From Anaerolineae bacterium (GTDB lineage Bacteria > Chloroflexota > Anaerolineae > Aggregatilineales > J027): a stretch of 64,000 nt of DNA. Made by a program: the position numbers and the translations under genes. This document shows, piece by piece, positions 27,206 to 35,896 of the stretch; the first letter of the stretch is position 1, and each line of letters begins with the position of its first letter. The DNA lies in assembly GCA_019913005.1 (NCBI GenBank), contig JAIOHL010000333.1, positions 100,885-164,884 on the forward strand. The letters are read 5' to 3'. A model generated the notes under the pieces. The model saw only the letters and a program-made list of their open reading frames with translations, was not told where the DNA came from and searched no databases.

Positions 27206-27791
27206 CGCGAAAATTCAACGCAACACCCAAGAAACCCAAATTGAATTGGCCCTTGAATTGGATGGCACGGGGCAGGCAAATATCAATACCGGGGTCGGTT
27301 TTTTTGACCATATGCTGCACCATGTCGCGGTGCATGGCCTGTTCGATCTGATCGTGCTCGCACAGGGTGATTTACATATTGATTCCCACCACACCATTGA
27401 AGATGTCGCTATTTGTTTGGGGCAGGCACTACACGAGGCGCTGGGGGATCGCAAAGGCATTGTGCGGATGGGGTCGGCGCTCGTCCCGATGGATGAGGCG
27501 CTGGCACAGGTCGTGATTGACCTCAGTGGGCGGCCCTATACTATCGTCCATGCCGATTTTGATACCCCGACCATCGGGCAAATGCCGACATCACTGGTAA
27601 CCCATGTATTTGAATCCATTGCTACCCATGCCCGCATGAATTTGCACGCGCAGGTATTTTATGGGCGTGACGACCATCACAAAGCCGAAGCATTGTTTAA
27701 AGCATTGGGTCGGGCGTTGCGTGGCGCGGTTGAACTCGACCCCCGCCGACAAGGAATCATCCCAAGCACGAAAGGAACATTGACCAAATGA
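27198..27791 (+). CDS. hisB: Imidazoleglycerol-phosphate dehydratase (monofunctional)
   Basis: [17 protein letters not shown]...[11 protein letters not shown]...[11 protein letters not shown] 27198 overlaps the hisC end by 8 nt. There is no N-terminal histidinol-phosphatase domain. Confidence 0.9.
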   Translation: MRNAKIQRNTQETQIELALELDGTGQANINTGVGFFDHMLHHVAVHGLFDLIVLAQGDLHIDSHHTIEDVAICLGQALHEALGDRKGIVRMGSALVPMDEALAQVVIDLSGRPYTIVHADFDTPTIGQMPTSLVTHVFESIATHARMNLHAQVFYGRDDHHKAEALFKALGRALRGAVELDPRRQGIIPSTKGTLTK

Positions 27792-28396
27792 TCGCCATTG
27801 TAGATTATGGGGCTGGAAATTTACGCAGCGTGCAAAATACGTTGAAGCATGTCGGGGCGGAGACCAAAACGGTCAGCAAACCCAACGAACTCGACGGCGC
27901 GGATAAGATCGTCCTGCCGGGAGTGGGGGCATTTGGAGCAGGCATAGCAGCGTTGCGCGACTCAGGTTTTGTTGAGCCGATTATCCAATTAACCAGAGGG
28001 GGTGTGCCATTGCTCGGCATTTGTTTGGGGATGCAATATTTGTTTGAGACCAGCGAAGAAATGGGCACGCATCAAGGATTAGGATTGCTGTCGGGGCGGG
28101 TGGTCAAATTTCCACCGAATGGTCCACTGGTGCCGCATATCGGGTGGAATCAATTACACATTCGCCAACAAAGCCCCTTGTTGCGCGGCGTGAATGAAGG
28201 TGACTATGCCTATTTTGTCCACTCGTATTATGTCGAAGCCGCCGACCCCAATGATATTCTCGCCAGCACTGATTATGGTCTAAATTATGCCAGCGTGGTG
28301 GGGCGCGGCAACATTTTTGGGATTCAATGCCATCCCGAAAAAAGCCAGCATGTCGGGCAGCGTATTTTGCGTAATTTCGTGGAGGACATAAGTTGA
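27788..28396 (+). CDS. hisH: Imidazole glycerol phosphate synthase, glutamine amidotransferase subunit
   Basis: [15 protein letters not shown]...LPGVGAFG...GICLGMQ...CHPEKS (Cys-His-Glu triad context). ATGA overlap with hisB. Confidence 0.9.
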   Translation: MIAIVDYGAGNLRSVQNTLKHVGAETKTVSKPNELDGADKIVLPGVGAFGAGIAALRDSGFVEPIIQLTRGGVPLLGICLGMQYLFETSEEMGTHQGLGLLSGRVVKFPPNGPLVPHIGWNQLHIRQQSPLLRGVNEGDYAYFVHSYYVEAADPNDILASTDYGLNYASVVGRGNIFGIQCHPEKSQHVGQRILRNFVEDIS

Positions 28397-29109
28397 TTAT
28401 CTATCCCGCGATTGATATTCGACAGGGGCGCGTGGTACGGCTACTCTATGGCGACCCCAACCTTGAATCGGTCTATGGTTATGATCCGGTGGCGATGGCC
28501 CAAAAATGGCAGAATGCCGGGGCGGAGTGGGTGCATATCGTTAATTTGGATGGAACACTCGGTGCGGAAACGACTATTTTTGATACGGTGCGCCAGATTG
28601 CCGATTTAGGATTATCGGTGCAATTTGCAGGCGGCCTTCGCAATTTTGACGCCGCGCAACAGGCTATTGATGCCGGGGCAGAACGGGTTGTGTTTGGTAC
28701 GCTGTTGGTCAAGCAGCCAGAACTTGCCGCCGAAGCCGTCCAAAAATTTAGCGCGGAACGGGTCGTCGTCGCGCTGGATGCCAAAGGCGGGCAGGTGGCG
28801 ACACATGGCTGGCAAGAAAAATCCACATGGTCGCCAATTGAACTCGGTCAGCGACTCGCCGCTGATGGGATTCGACACGCCCTCTATACCGATGTGGATA
28901 AAGACGGCGATTTATCAGGAGTGAATGTGGAATCCACTGCCGCCCTTGCTGATGCGACAAGTTTGCAAGTCATCGCATCAGGGGGAGTCGCCAAGTTAGA
29001 CGATATTCGCATATTAAAATCCACTGGCAAAGTCGCCGGGGTGATTATCGGGCGGGCGCTGTATGCGGGGGTGTTCTCGTTGGAAGAGGTTTTTGAGGCA
29101 TTAAAGTGA
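28393..29109 (+). CDS. hisA: ProFAR isomerase
   Basis: (M)[16 protein letters not shown]...SGGV...GRALY. TTG start overlaps the hisH stop. Confidence 0.85.
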   Translation: MIIYPAIDIRQGRVVRLLYGDPNLESVYGYDPVAMAQKWQNAGAEWVHIVNLDGTLGAETTIFDTVRQIADLGLSVQFAGGLRNFDAAQQAIDAGAERVVFGTLLVKQPELAAEAVQKFSAERVVVALDAKGGQVATHGWQEKSTWSPIELGQRLAADGIRHALYTDVDKDGDLSGVNVESTAALADATSLQVIASGGVAKLDDIRILKSTGKVAGVIIGRALYAGVFSLEEVFEALK

Positions 29110-29110
29110 A

Positions 29111-29548
29111 ATGTCCAATTATGTGTCCCAGAAAACGAAGTTTTTTGAGGAAATTTCAGAGCAGTTTAAGCGACGGGGTTGGAAAATCACACCTAATAGC
29201 CCAACCAACTTAGCTTTATCAGGATACACCTTAGAGGGGTGCGGTATTTGGGCTTTAATCCTGATGCCATTTGTGGCTTTTTTAGGGATCATTGCTTTTC
29301 CAATCAATTATTTATTGATAACAACCACACTCAAAAAAGTACATGCCCAGTTATATCTCAATGAATTTGGCGAGATTGAGTTGACGGGTAATATCGGAAA
29401 GCGTTGTGTTGATCGGACGATATTAGGAAAACCACAAATCCCCAGAATTTTGATGCTTAGTAAAGAGGCTCTTATAGCTTTTCTCTTGTTGGGGTCTCTC
29501 CCAACAACATTCCTCGAAATAGGGATTTTATTAAATGCTATTCAGTGA
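29111..29548 (+). CDS. Hypothetical small membrane protein, AT-rich ORF inserted between hisA and hisF
   Basis: 145-aa ORF starting 2 nt after the hisA stop and ending 12 nt before the hisF ATG. It has two or three hydrophobic helices. Line 29281-29340 has 17/60 G+C, against 38/60 for the hisA line 28741-28800. Confidence 0.5.
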   Translation: MSNYVSQKTKFFEEISEQFKRRGWKITPNSPTNLALSGYTLEGCGIWALILMPFVAFLGIIAFPINYLLITTTLKKVHAQLYLNEFGEIELTGNIGKRCVDRTILGKPQIPRILMLSKEALIAFLLLGSLPTTFLEIGILLNAIQ

Positions 29549-29560
29549 GGTAGTGTTTTT

Positions 29561-30352
29561 ATGTTAGCAAAACGAATCATTCCCTGCTTGGATGTGAAAG
29601 ATGGGCGGGTGGTTAAAGGTATCAATTTTGTGAATCTGCGTGATGCAGGTGACCCGGTAGAACAGGCCATGATTTATGATGCTGCCGGGGCGGATGAACT
29701 AGTCTTTTTGGACATCACCGCCACCCATGAAAAACGCGATACCATGCTAGATGTGGTACGCCGTGTGGCCGATTCGATTTTTATCCCCTTTAGTGTGGGG
29801 GGTGGGATTCGCACCGTTGAAGATATGCGGGCGACGTTGCTGGCGGGGGCGGATCGTGTCTCGGTCAACAGTGCCGCTGTGCGTGACCCCGAAATTATCA
29901 GCGAAGGGGCGGAACGTTTCGGTGTGCAGTGCATCATCTTGGCGATTGATGCACGCTGGAATGGCGATTTTTTTGAGGTCTATGTCGCAGGGGGACGCAC
30001 TCCCACAGGTATTAACGCAGTTGAATGGGCCATGCGCGGCGAACAAATGGGAGCAGGTGAAATTTTACTCACCAGCATGGATCGGGATGGCACAAAAATC
30101 GGGTATGATTTGAAGCTGACCCGTGCGATTGCCGAGGCAGTCAATATTCCGGTCATCGCATCGGGTGGGGCAGGCAAAAAAGAGGATTTTCTACCCGCCT
30201 TCACAGAAGGGAAAGCCGAGGCGGTGCTTGCCGCCAGCCTGTTCCATTATCAAGAACTCAGCATCCACGATTTGAAAACTTATCTACATGAAAATGGCGT
30301 ACCAGTGCGCTTGACGGAGGCCGTCACCGATGGACAACCTGAAGTGGGATGA
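29561..30352 (+). CDS. hisF: Imidazole glycerol phosphate synthase, cyclase subunit
   Basis: [19 protein letters not shown]...[10 protein letters not shown]...SVGGGIR...ASGGAG. Confidence 0.9.
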   Translation: MLAKRIIPCLDVKDGRVVKGINFVNLRDAGDPVEQAMIYDAAGADELVFLDITATHEKRDTMLDVVRRVADSIFIPFSVGGGIRTVEDMRATLLAGADRVSVNSAAVRDPEIISEGAERFGVQCIILAIDARWNGDFFEVYVAGGRTPTGINAVEWAMRGEQMGAGEILLTSMDRDGTKIGYDLKLTRAIAEAVNIPVIASGGAGKKEDFLPAFTEGKAEAVLAASLFHYQELSIHDLKTYLHENGVPVRLTEAVTDGQPEVG

Positions 30353-30650
30353 AAATGGCCTACTGCCTGCCGTCGTACAAGATGATGGCACAGGGCAGGT
30401 TTTGATGGTGGCATGGATGAACCGCGAATCGCTGCAAAAAACCATCGAGACGGGCGAAACTGTTTTTTGGAGTCGCAGTCGCCAAGAAATTTGGCACAAG
30501 GGCGAAACCAGTGGCAATATACAAAAGGTGGTTGAAATCCGCGTGGATTGCGATGCCGACACGCTGTTAATCAAAGTCGCCCCGGCTGGCCCAGCTTGTC
30601 ATACGGGGGCGTATAGCTGCTTTTACCGCGCTTTGGAGGAACTTTCGTGA
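30330..30650 (+). CDS. hisI: Phosphoribosyl-AMP cyclohydrolase (stand-alone)
   Basis: 106 aa. [25 protein letters not shown]...[17 protein letters not shown]...DCDADTLL. It overlaps hisF by 23 nt. Confidence 0.9.
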   Translation: MDNLKWDENGLLPAVVQDDGTGQVLMVAWMNRESLQKTIETGETVFWSRSRQEIWHKGETSGNIQKVVEIRVDCDADTLLIKVAPAGPACHTGAYSCFYRALEELS

Positions 30651-30934
30651 GCGATACCCTAGAACGTGTTTTTGGTATTATCCAAGACCGCAAAGCCAAC
30701 CCCAAACCCGGCTCGTATACCAATTCCTTATTTGAAGCGGGGGAGGACGAAATTATCAAAAAAGTGGGCGAAGAAGCGGTAGAAGTCGTGTTAGCGGCAA
30801 AGGGTCAGGGTCAAGAACGCCTGATTTCTGAAATGGCTGACCTGACGTATCACTGTTTGGTGTTATTGGCCCAATTTAATCTGACGCCGGAGGATATTGC
30901 AGCAGAATTGGATAAGCGGCACAAACCGCGATGA
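30647..30934 (+). CDS. hisE: Phosphoribosyl-ATP pyrophosphatase (stand-alone)
   Basis: 95 aa. [31 protein letters not shown]...[17 protein letters not shown] overlap with hisI. Confidence 0.85.
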   Translation: MSDTLERVFGIIQDRKANPKPGSYTNSLFEAGEDEIIKKVGEEAVEVVLAAKGQGQERLISEMADLTYHCLVLLAQFNLTPEDIAAELDKRHKPR

Positions 30935-30955
30935 GATTCTACGAGGACATTCAAT

Positions 30956-31720
30956 ATGACAGCAAAACCCAAGTGGTTGATTCTAACAGATGAATTGCTT
31001 TGGCCTCTCGTTGGAATGGGACTAAATTCCCTAAATTTTATATGGGCAAGTTCAAATCCCGATTTGGGAAGTATACCTTATGCATCTCTCCTTCATTTTG
31101 CACACTCCCTCGAAACCAGCATGGTCACAAATGAAGCGGGCAAACATTCCGTTGCCATTTGTCTGCTTAGGCAATGCGTTGAAACTGTCACTCTCATTGA
31201 TATTGGTCTTCAGGAGACTACCTTTTCAGAACCCTTACTTGCTTCATGGAAAGCTGGGAAAAAATCCCATGGGGAACTTCGCGCAAAACTTGAAGAAAAT
31301 ATTTGGCCTAATTATGGGACAGGTTTTTGGGATGAAAACTGGACTGAATATTTCAGAAACTTTGCTGGTGCGGTTCAACCCTATGCCCACTACACACAAG
31401 GATTAATGGGTTGGCAATTCAGCGTAGTGGATACGAATTTGAGTAAATCCCAGTATTTAGCCAGCTTGGATTTACTGGGCGGCTATGACCCTTTAAAAGC
31501 ATCGAGAATCACATTGTTTCACAGCATTCTTGGCTGGACTTTAGGTCGTCTTCTGTTAACGCATGGAAAAAATCAAGATGTGCTTGACAGAGAGGATAAA
31601 ATTCTCGATTGGGGGAAAAGTCTAGCATCGTCAAAATTATTATTCCATAAAGAAAATTGGGGAGTTCAATTATTGGCAGACGTGTTTTTTAAGTCGGGAG
31701 CAAGCTACTTCGACTCATAA
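30956..31720 (+). CDS. Hypothetical protein, low-GC, directly downstream of hisE
   Basis: 254-aa ORF with GAGGAC 7 nt upstream of the ATG. No domain recognised. Line 31021-31080 has 20/60 G+C. Confidence 0.5.
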   Translation: MTAKPKWLILTDELLWPLVGMGLNSLNFIWASSNPDLGSIPYASLLHFAHSLETSMVTNEAGKHSVAICLLRQCVETVTLIDIGLQETTFSEPLLASWKAGKKSHGELRAKLEENIWPNYGTGFWDENWTEYFRNFAGAVQPYAHYTQGLMGWQFSVVDTNLSKSQYLASLDLLGGYDPLKASRITLFHSILGWTLGRLLLTHGKNQDVLDREDKILDWGKSLASSKLLFHKENWGVQLLADVFFKSGASYFDS

Positions 31721-31742
31721 AGATTTGTCGTTGAGCTACTTG

Positions 31743-32129
31743 TCATTCTTCCCTAGTCTCATCCACATTGTTCTTGAGCCATTCTGCGATTGTCTCAATA
31801 TCATGCTGGCCTTGTGCCACTGCCAATATAAATTGGAGTGCTTCGGAAGCATCCCAAATGGCTTCATAACCGTTGATTTCTAAAAAAGCAGCAGTCGCCA
31901 AAGTTGCAGTACGCTTGTTGCCATCCACAAATGGGTGGTTTCGGCTCAGAGAATCAAGTAGAGCAGCGGCTTTGTGAAAAAAAGAGGGATAAGCATCTTC
32001 ACCAAAGGCACTTGCCATTGGTCGGCCTAATGCGGATTCAAGGAGGCCAGAGTCGCGTAGGCGGGTTTCTCCACCCAAAACCTTCGCGTTAATTCGCAGA
32101 ACGTTCTCGGATGTCAGATAAACAATCAC
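31743..32129 (-). CDS. doc: Doc (death-on-curing) Fic-fold toxin
   Basis: 128 aa with the Fic/Doc motif HPFVDGNKRTA. A 4-nt overlap joins it to the upstream antitoxin ORF. Confidence 0.85.
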   Translation of the reverse strand: MIVYLTSENVLRINAKVLGGETRLRDSGLLESALGRPMASAFGEDAYPSFFHKAAALLDSLSRNHPFVDGNKRTATLATAAFLEINGYEAIWDASEALQFILAVAQGQHDIETIAEWLKNNVDETREE

Positions 32130-32332
32130 TGTTTGGCAAGCTCATCCAATAACCACTTGTGCTTTTCCATAAGGCGGTCAATTCGAGCGTCAAAGTCATC
32201 AGCCTCGACCTGCTGCTTGATATATTGTTCAACTGCTTCATAGATAACCGCCATCACATCGCGGTTTTGTTTTCGGGCAATGTCTTCAAGCTGATGCAAC
32301 ATCTCGTCCGAAAGCGGCAATCCAATAGTCAT
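32126..32332 (-). CDS. Antitoxin of Doc (Phd/RHH-like small protein)
   Basis: 68 aa. N-terminal LPLSDEMLHQLEDIARKQNRDVMAVIYEAVEQYI looks like a ribbon-helix-helix. Its ATG overlaps the stop of the upstream HAD gene (ATGA at 32329-32332). Confidence 0.65.
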   Translation of the reverse strand: MTIGLPLSDEMLHQLEDIARKQNRDVMAVIYEAVEQYIKQQVEADDFDARIDRLMEKHKWLLDELAKQ

Positions 32333-33477
32333 AATCCAAGTCCCATCACCAATCCTTCGTTCACATCATTATAAACGTGATTCGCCACCTGACGTAATGC
32401 GGCTTGTTTATCAGCATGGGGGGAAACGCCCATCGCTTGAAATTCGATTTCGACACCGACCTCGCGTAATAATTCCACTGCCAGCCGTGTCGCCCGAATG
32501 CCGCCTGTCGAATCTTCAAACACTGTGACACGATTGGGCTGTAGGGTCAATTCGGCTAATGGCCCAGTCAGGCGTTTTTGCTCAAATAATATCGCCGCCG
32601 CATGGAGGGATTCGGCTTCCTTGCCAGAAATCGCCGCACCCATCGCCGCCAATGCCTGTACGGGATAGGGTTTGATGTATTCGCCGGGAGTGCGCTGATA
32701 ATGGGAGGCTAACCACTGCATCCGGCCTGCGCCAATCAAGGGCACATCATGGAAGCCGAGCAGGTCTACCGCGAAATCACCTTCAAGGGCATATCCCAAT
32801 GGGCTAGCATCGGCATCACGCGGGGGCAAACTAGGACGGGCCGTAAACACCACAAAATCATGGTTGGGGTGTTCGCCCCAATTAAACAAGGCAGTTTTGC
32901 TGTCCTCACTCAGCAGCGGCACATCATAAACCAAGAGGGTGCTTTCACTCTCAAACGGGGCGGGTGCACCATACGTTTTGGCAAATCCGTCGCTGCCCAA
33001 TGTATGCACCTGCTGAATGCGGGTGGTCGGTGTGTCGAGGGAATAAATATCACCCAAGAACAGCGGCAAAAAGGGATGATTGGCGAATTCCTGCAAATAG
33101 GCGAGGGCGTAGGGGGTTGGGGCATCGCCATTATGATTCCGCGCTGCGACCTGCCGCACATGATTTACAAAATCGGGTCGGGGATTGACATTGGCGGACT
33201 GGCGGATATTGGCGAATGTGCCTTCGAGTGTATCGGCTTGTAAATTTGGATGTTCGGCAAGGGCCTGTGTCAATATCAAGCCAACCGCGAAGGCCGCCGA
33301 ATCCCACTCATTGGTCAAACCGCAGGCTTCAAAAATCGAGATTTCGTCGTCCGTCAAGTTAATCAGAGGGCGACCCATCAACGAGCCAAAGTAATCAATG
33401 GTGCGGCGCAGGGCCACCTTGTAGCCCTCTGGGTGAATCAGAACGCCATCTACATCAAACAACAGTATGTTTCGCAT
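32329..33477 (-). CDS. HAD-superfamily hydrolase with large cap/insert
   Basis: Start at MRNILLFDVDGVLIHPEGY (HAD motif I DxDGV), i.e. ATG 33477. The track start 33624 would overlap livF. Late FEDSTGGI motif. Confidence 0.6.
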   Translation of the reverse strand: MRNILLFDVDGVLIHPEGYKVALRRTIDYFGSLMGRPLINLTDDEISIFEACGLTNEWDSAAFAVGLILTQALAEHPNLQADTLEGTFANIRQSANVNPRPDFVNHVRQVAARNHNGDAPTPYALAYLQEFANHPFLPLFLGDIYSLDTPTTRIQQVHTLGSDGFAKTYGAPAPFESESTLLVYDVPLLSEDSKTALFNWGEHPNHDFVVFTARPSLPPRDADASPLGYALEGDFAVDLLGFHDVPLIGAGRMQWLASHYQRTPGEYIKPYPVQALAAMGAAISGKEAESLHAAAILFEQKRLTGPLAELTLQPNRVTVFEDSTGGIRATRLAVELLREVGVEIEFQAMGVSPHADKQAALRQVANHVYNDVNEGLVMGLGL

Positions 33478-33493
33478 GTTTTTTCGGGGGTAA

Positions 33494-34288
33494 TCAGCCG
33501 AGCCAGCGTTTGCGGCGCTTATAATGTTTGACCTCGCGGTAGCTCTTGCGCTCCCCTTTTTGACCGAGGCCAAGATAAAACTCTTTGATGTCTTCGTTGG
33601 CAACCAGTTGTTCTCTAGTGCCATCCATCACGATGCGCCCATTTTCCATCACATAACCGTAATCTACTAAGTCGAGTGCGGCACGGGCATTTTGTTCCAC
33701 CAGCAACACGGAAATTCCTTCTTGCTGGCGAACTTGCTTCACAATCGAAAAAATTTCTTGCACCAACAGCGGGGCTAATCCCAGTGACGGCTCATCGAGC
33801 ATCATGAGTTTGGGGTGGCCCATCAACGCGCGGCCTATCACCAACATCTGCTGCTCACCACCGGATAAATAACCGCTGGTACGGCCACGCATATCGCGCA
33901 GGCGAGGGAAATAATCATAGACTTTTTCAAGGTCGCGTTTGGTTTCACGCCCACCTTGATAGACCATACTGCCGACCCGCAAATTTTCCTCAACGGTCAA
34001 ATGGCGGAACAGCGGACGGGCTTCAATGACTTGGAAGATGCCCTTCCGTACAATATCTTCTGCCGATTGACCATCAATGCGTTGACCTTCCCATGTAATC
34101 GAACCGCGTGTCACTTCACCGTCTTCGCTATGCAGCAGGCCGCTAATGGCTTTGAGCGTGGTGCTTTTGCCTGCGCCGTTCGGCCCCATCAACGCGATGG
34201 CTTGACCCGACTGCACTTTAAATGAGATGCCTCGCAGCACCAGAATCACGCTACTATAAATCACTTCAATATTGTTGACTTCTAACAT
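33494..34288 (-). CDS. livF: Branched-chain-amino-acid-type ABC transporter ATP-binding protein (LivF-like)
   Basis: 264 aa with Walker A GPNGAGKST, signature LSGGEQQML and Walker B MMLDEPS. Confidence 0.85.
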   Translation of the reverse strand: MLEVNNIEVIYSSVILVLRGISFKVQSGQAIALMGPNGAGKSTTLKAISGLLHSEDGEVTRGSITWEGQRIDGQSAEDIVRKGIFQVIEARPLFRHLTVEENLRVGSMVYQGGRETKRDLEKVYDYFPRLRDMRGRTSGYLSGGEQQMLVIGRALMGHPKLMMLDEPSLGLAPLLVQEIFSIVKQVRQQEGISVLLVEQNARAALDLVDYGYVMENGRIVMDGTREQLVANEDIKEFYLGLGQKGERKSYREVKHYKRRKRWLG

Positions 34289-34313
34289 CTATTTTTGCCT
34301 CAAAAATGTCCCA

Positions 34314-34342
34314 TAAGGGAGGAGTTATAAACCCCTCCCTTA
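34314..34342 (-). other. Intercistronic stem-loop between the SBP gene and livF
   Basis: TAAGGGAGG (34314-34322) pairs with CCTCCCTTA (34334-34342) for 9 perfect bp around an 11-nt loop. It lies in the 71-nt gap downstream of the binding-protein gene. Confidence 0.5.
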
Positions 34343-34359
34343 GTAGAAGTGTCAATTAT

Positions 34360-35760
34360 TTATTGGGGTACATCCGCACCGCCGACGCGCAAATCGGGCA
34401 GTTCGCGCAGTTCGGTCAGTGGGCCAATGGTGGGTTGGACTTGACCATCACGCTCTACAAAATCAATCGCCCCAACGTAGGCATGGGTTTGGGAACGGGT
34501 ATTGGCATCAAAGGCATATTCAACCATCCCCTGCATCGCACTGTATTGATAACCTGCATTGAGCAGATTGTAGAGGGTTTCGCCTGTTACCGCCTCAAAA
34601 CTGCCCGCCTCATTGATAGCGCGGGTCATGACATCAATCCACAGATCGAGCAAGGCCCATGAAGTCAGATAGGCGATATTACGGGTAAGGAAGGCAGCGG
34701 TGCGCTCTTCGTCGTTGGTTGCGACGGATAGACGATTGGTGACCCATGCGTTGTTCACAATCTGAACGCCGGGGTTATCCAATTGATCCCACCATAGATA
34801 GGGTAGAGTACCAACAACACCATCGGAATCCGCACCCGCTAGACCATAGACCGAGGTGTCCAGAATCCAGTTTGGGCCACCCACAAGTATCTGACCCTGC
34901 AAATCAGCACCCACAATAGCGCGGATGACTTGACTTGAACCAGTTGCCAGTGTGGTTGTGTAGATGATATTCGCGCCAGCATCAGTGAGAATCTTCAATT
35001 GACCGGACAGGTCGGGAGTACCGATGGGTAGGAAGTATTCAGCACCTGCATAACCAACACCCAGACTCTCGCAATAGGCACGAGTTTCCGCCGTGTCACT
35101 GGATTGACCAAAAGCGATATTCCAGCTTAGGTGTCCAATCGTAGGTGTGCCTTCCATACCCATTGCTGCCCAATTTTCAGCCACATATTCACAGAACAGG
35201 CCCATCTGATCGGCATAGGAAGGAATCGCGGCAAACACCCATCCGGGAGTCTGGTCTTCACCATAGAGTGATTTTTCGCTGCCTGCTGCCAACAGAATCG
35301 GCATCTTGAGTTCGGCGGCTTGTTCACGCAGATTTTCCGCGTCCGTGCTGGAGTACAGGAAAATGATGCGTGGTTTCTCATTGCCTTCGCGTGAGGTGAA
35401 GTCGGCCCAGTATTCGGTGGCCTTCGCTGCATCACCGCCGGTGTCTTCATAGATCATCGTGATCTGAGCGCCGCACAAACCACCGCCACCTTCTTCAGAA
35501 TTGAAGTAGGCCATCGCATCGGTCAGCCCTGCAACCAACGGTTGGCTGATGGGCCGATAGGGGCCGCTGAGGTCGCCAAAGTGAAAGAACGAGACTTCGC
35601 TGACGCCTTCATCCGCCAGATTCACCGCACATTCGGCGCGTCCGCTCTGTTGATTGACCATGCGATCCGGGTTGGTTGAACGACTCGCCAATGCCGAGGG
35701 CAGGGCGACAGTCGCCAACACCGCAATCAGCACAAGCAAAATCACAAAATGCTTTTTCAT
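34360..35760 (-). CDS. ABC transporter periplasmic substrate-binding protein (LivK/type I PBP-like)
   Basis: Start at MKKHFVILLVLIAVLATVALPSALA (ATG 35760, with AGGAGA upstream). The track start 35868 is rejected. The mature part is about 440 aa with a type I PBP-like pattern. Confidence 0.75.
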   Translation of the reverse strand: MKKHFVILLVLIAVLATVALPSALASRSTNPDRMVNQQSGRAECAVNLADEGVSEVSFFHFGDLSGPYRPISQPLVAGLTDAMAYFNSEEGGGGLCGAQITMIYEDTGGDAAKATEYWADFTSREGNEKPRIIFLYSSTDAENLREQAAELKMPILLAAGSEKSLYGEDQTPGWVFAAIPSYADQMGLFCEYVAENWAAMGMEGTPTIGHLSWNIAFGQSSDTAETRAYCESLGVGYAGAEYFLPIGTPDLSGQLKILTDAGANIIYTTTLATGSSQVIRAIVGADLQGQILVGGPNWILDTSVYGLAGADSDGVVGTLPYLWWDQLDNPGVQIVNNAWVTNRLSVATNDEERTAAFLTRNIAYLTSWALLDLWIDVMTRAINEAGSFEAVTGETLYNLLNAGYQYSAMQGMVEYAFDANTRSQTHAYVGAIDFVERDGQVQPTIGPLTELRELPDLRVGGADVPQ

Positions 35761-35896
35761 GGGTACTTTTCTCCTAAACTCGGTTTTAAACGGGACAAAA
35801 ACTAAATTCAAAGGCTGTTTTTTTCCTTGATGCTCCACCCCTCCATCATGTCTATGGAACCTCTTCACTCATCGGATTGATTATAGGGATTATAGC

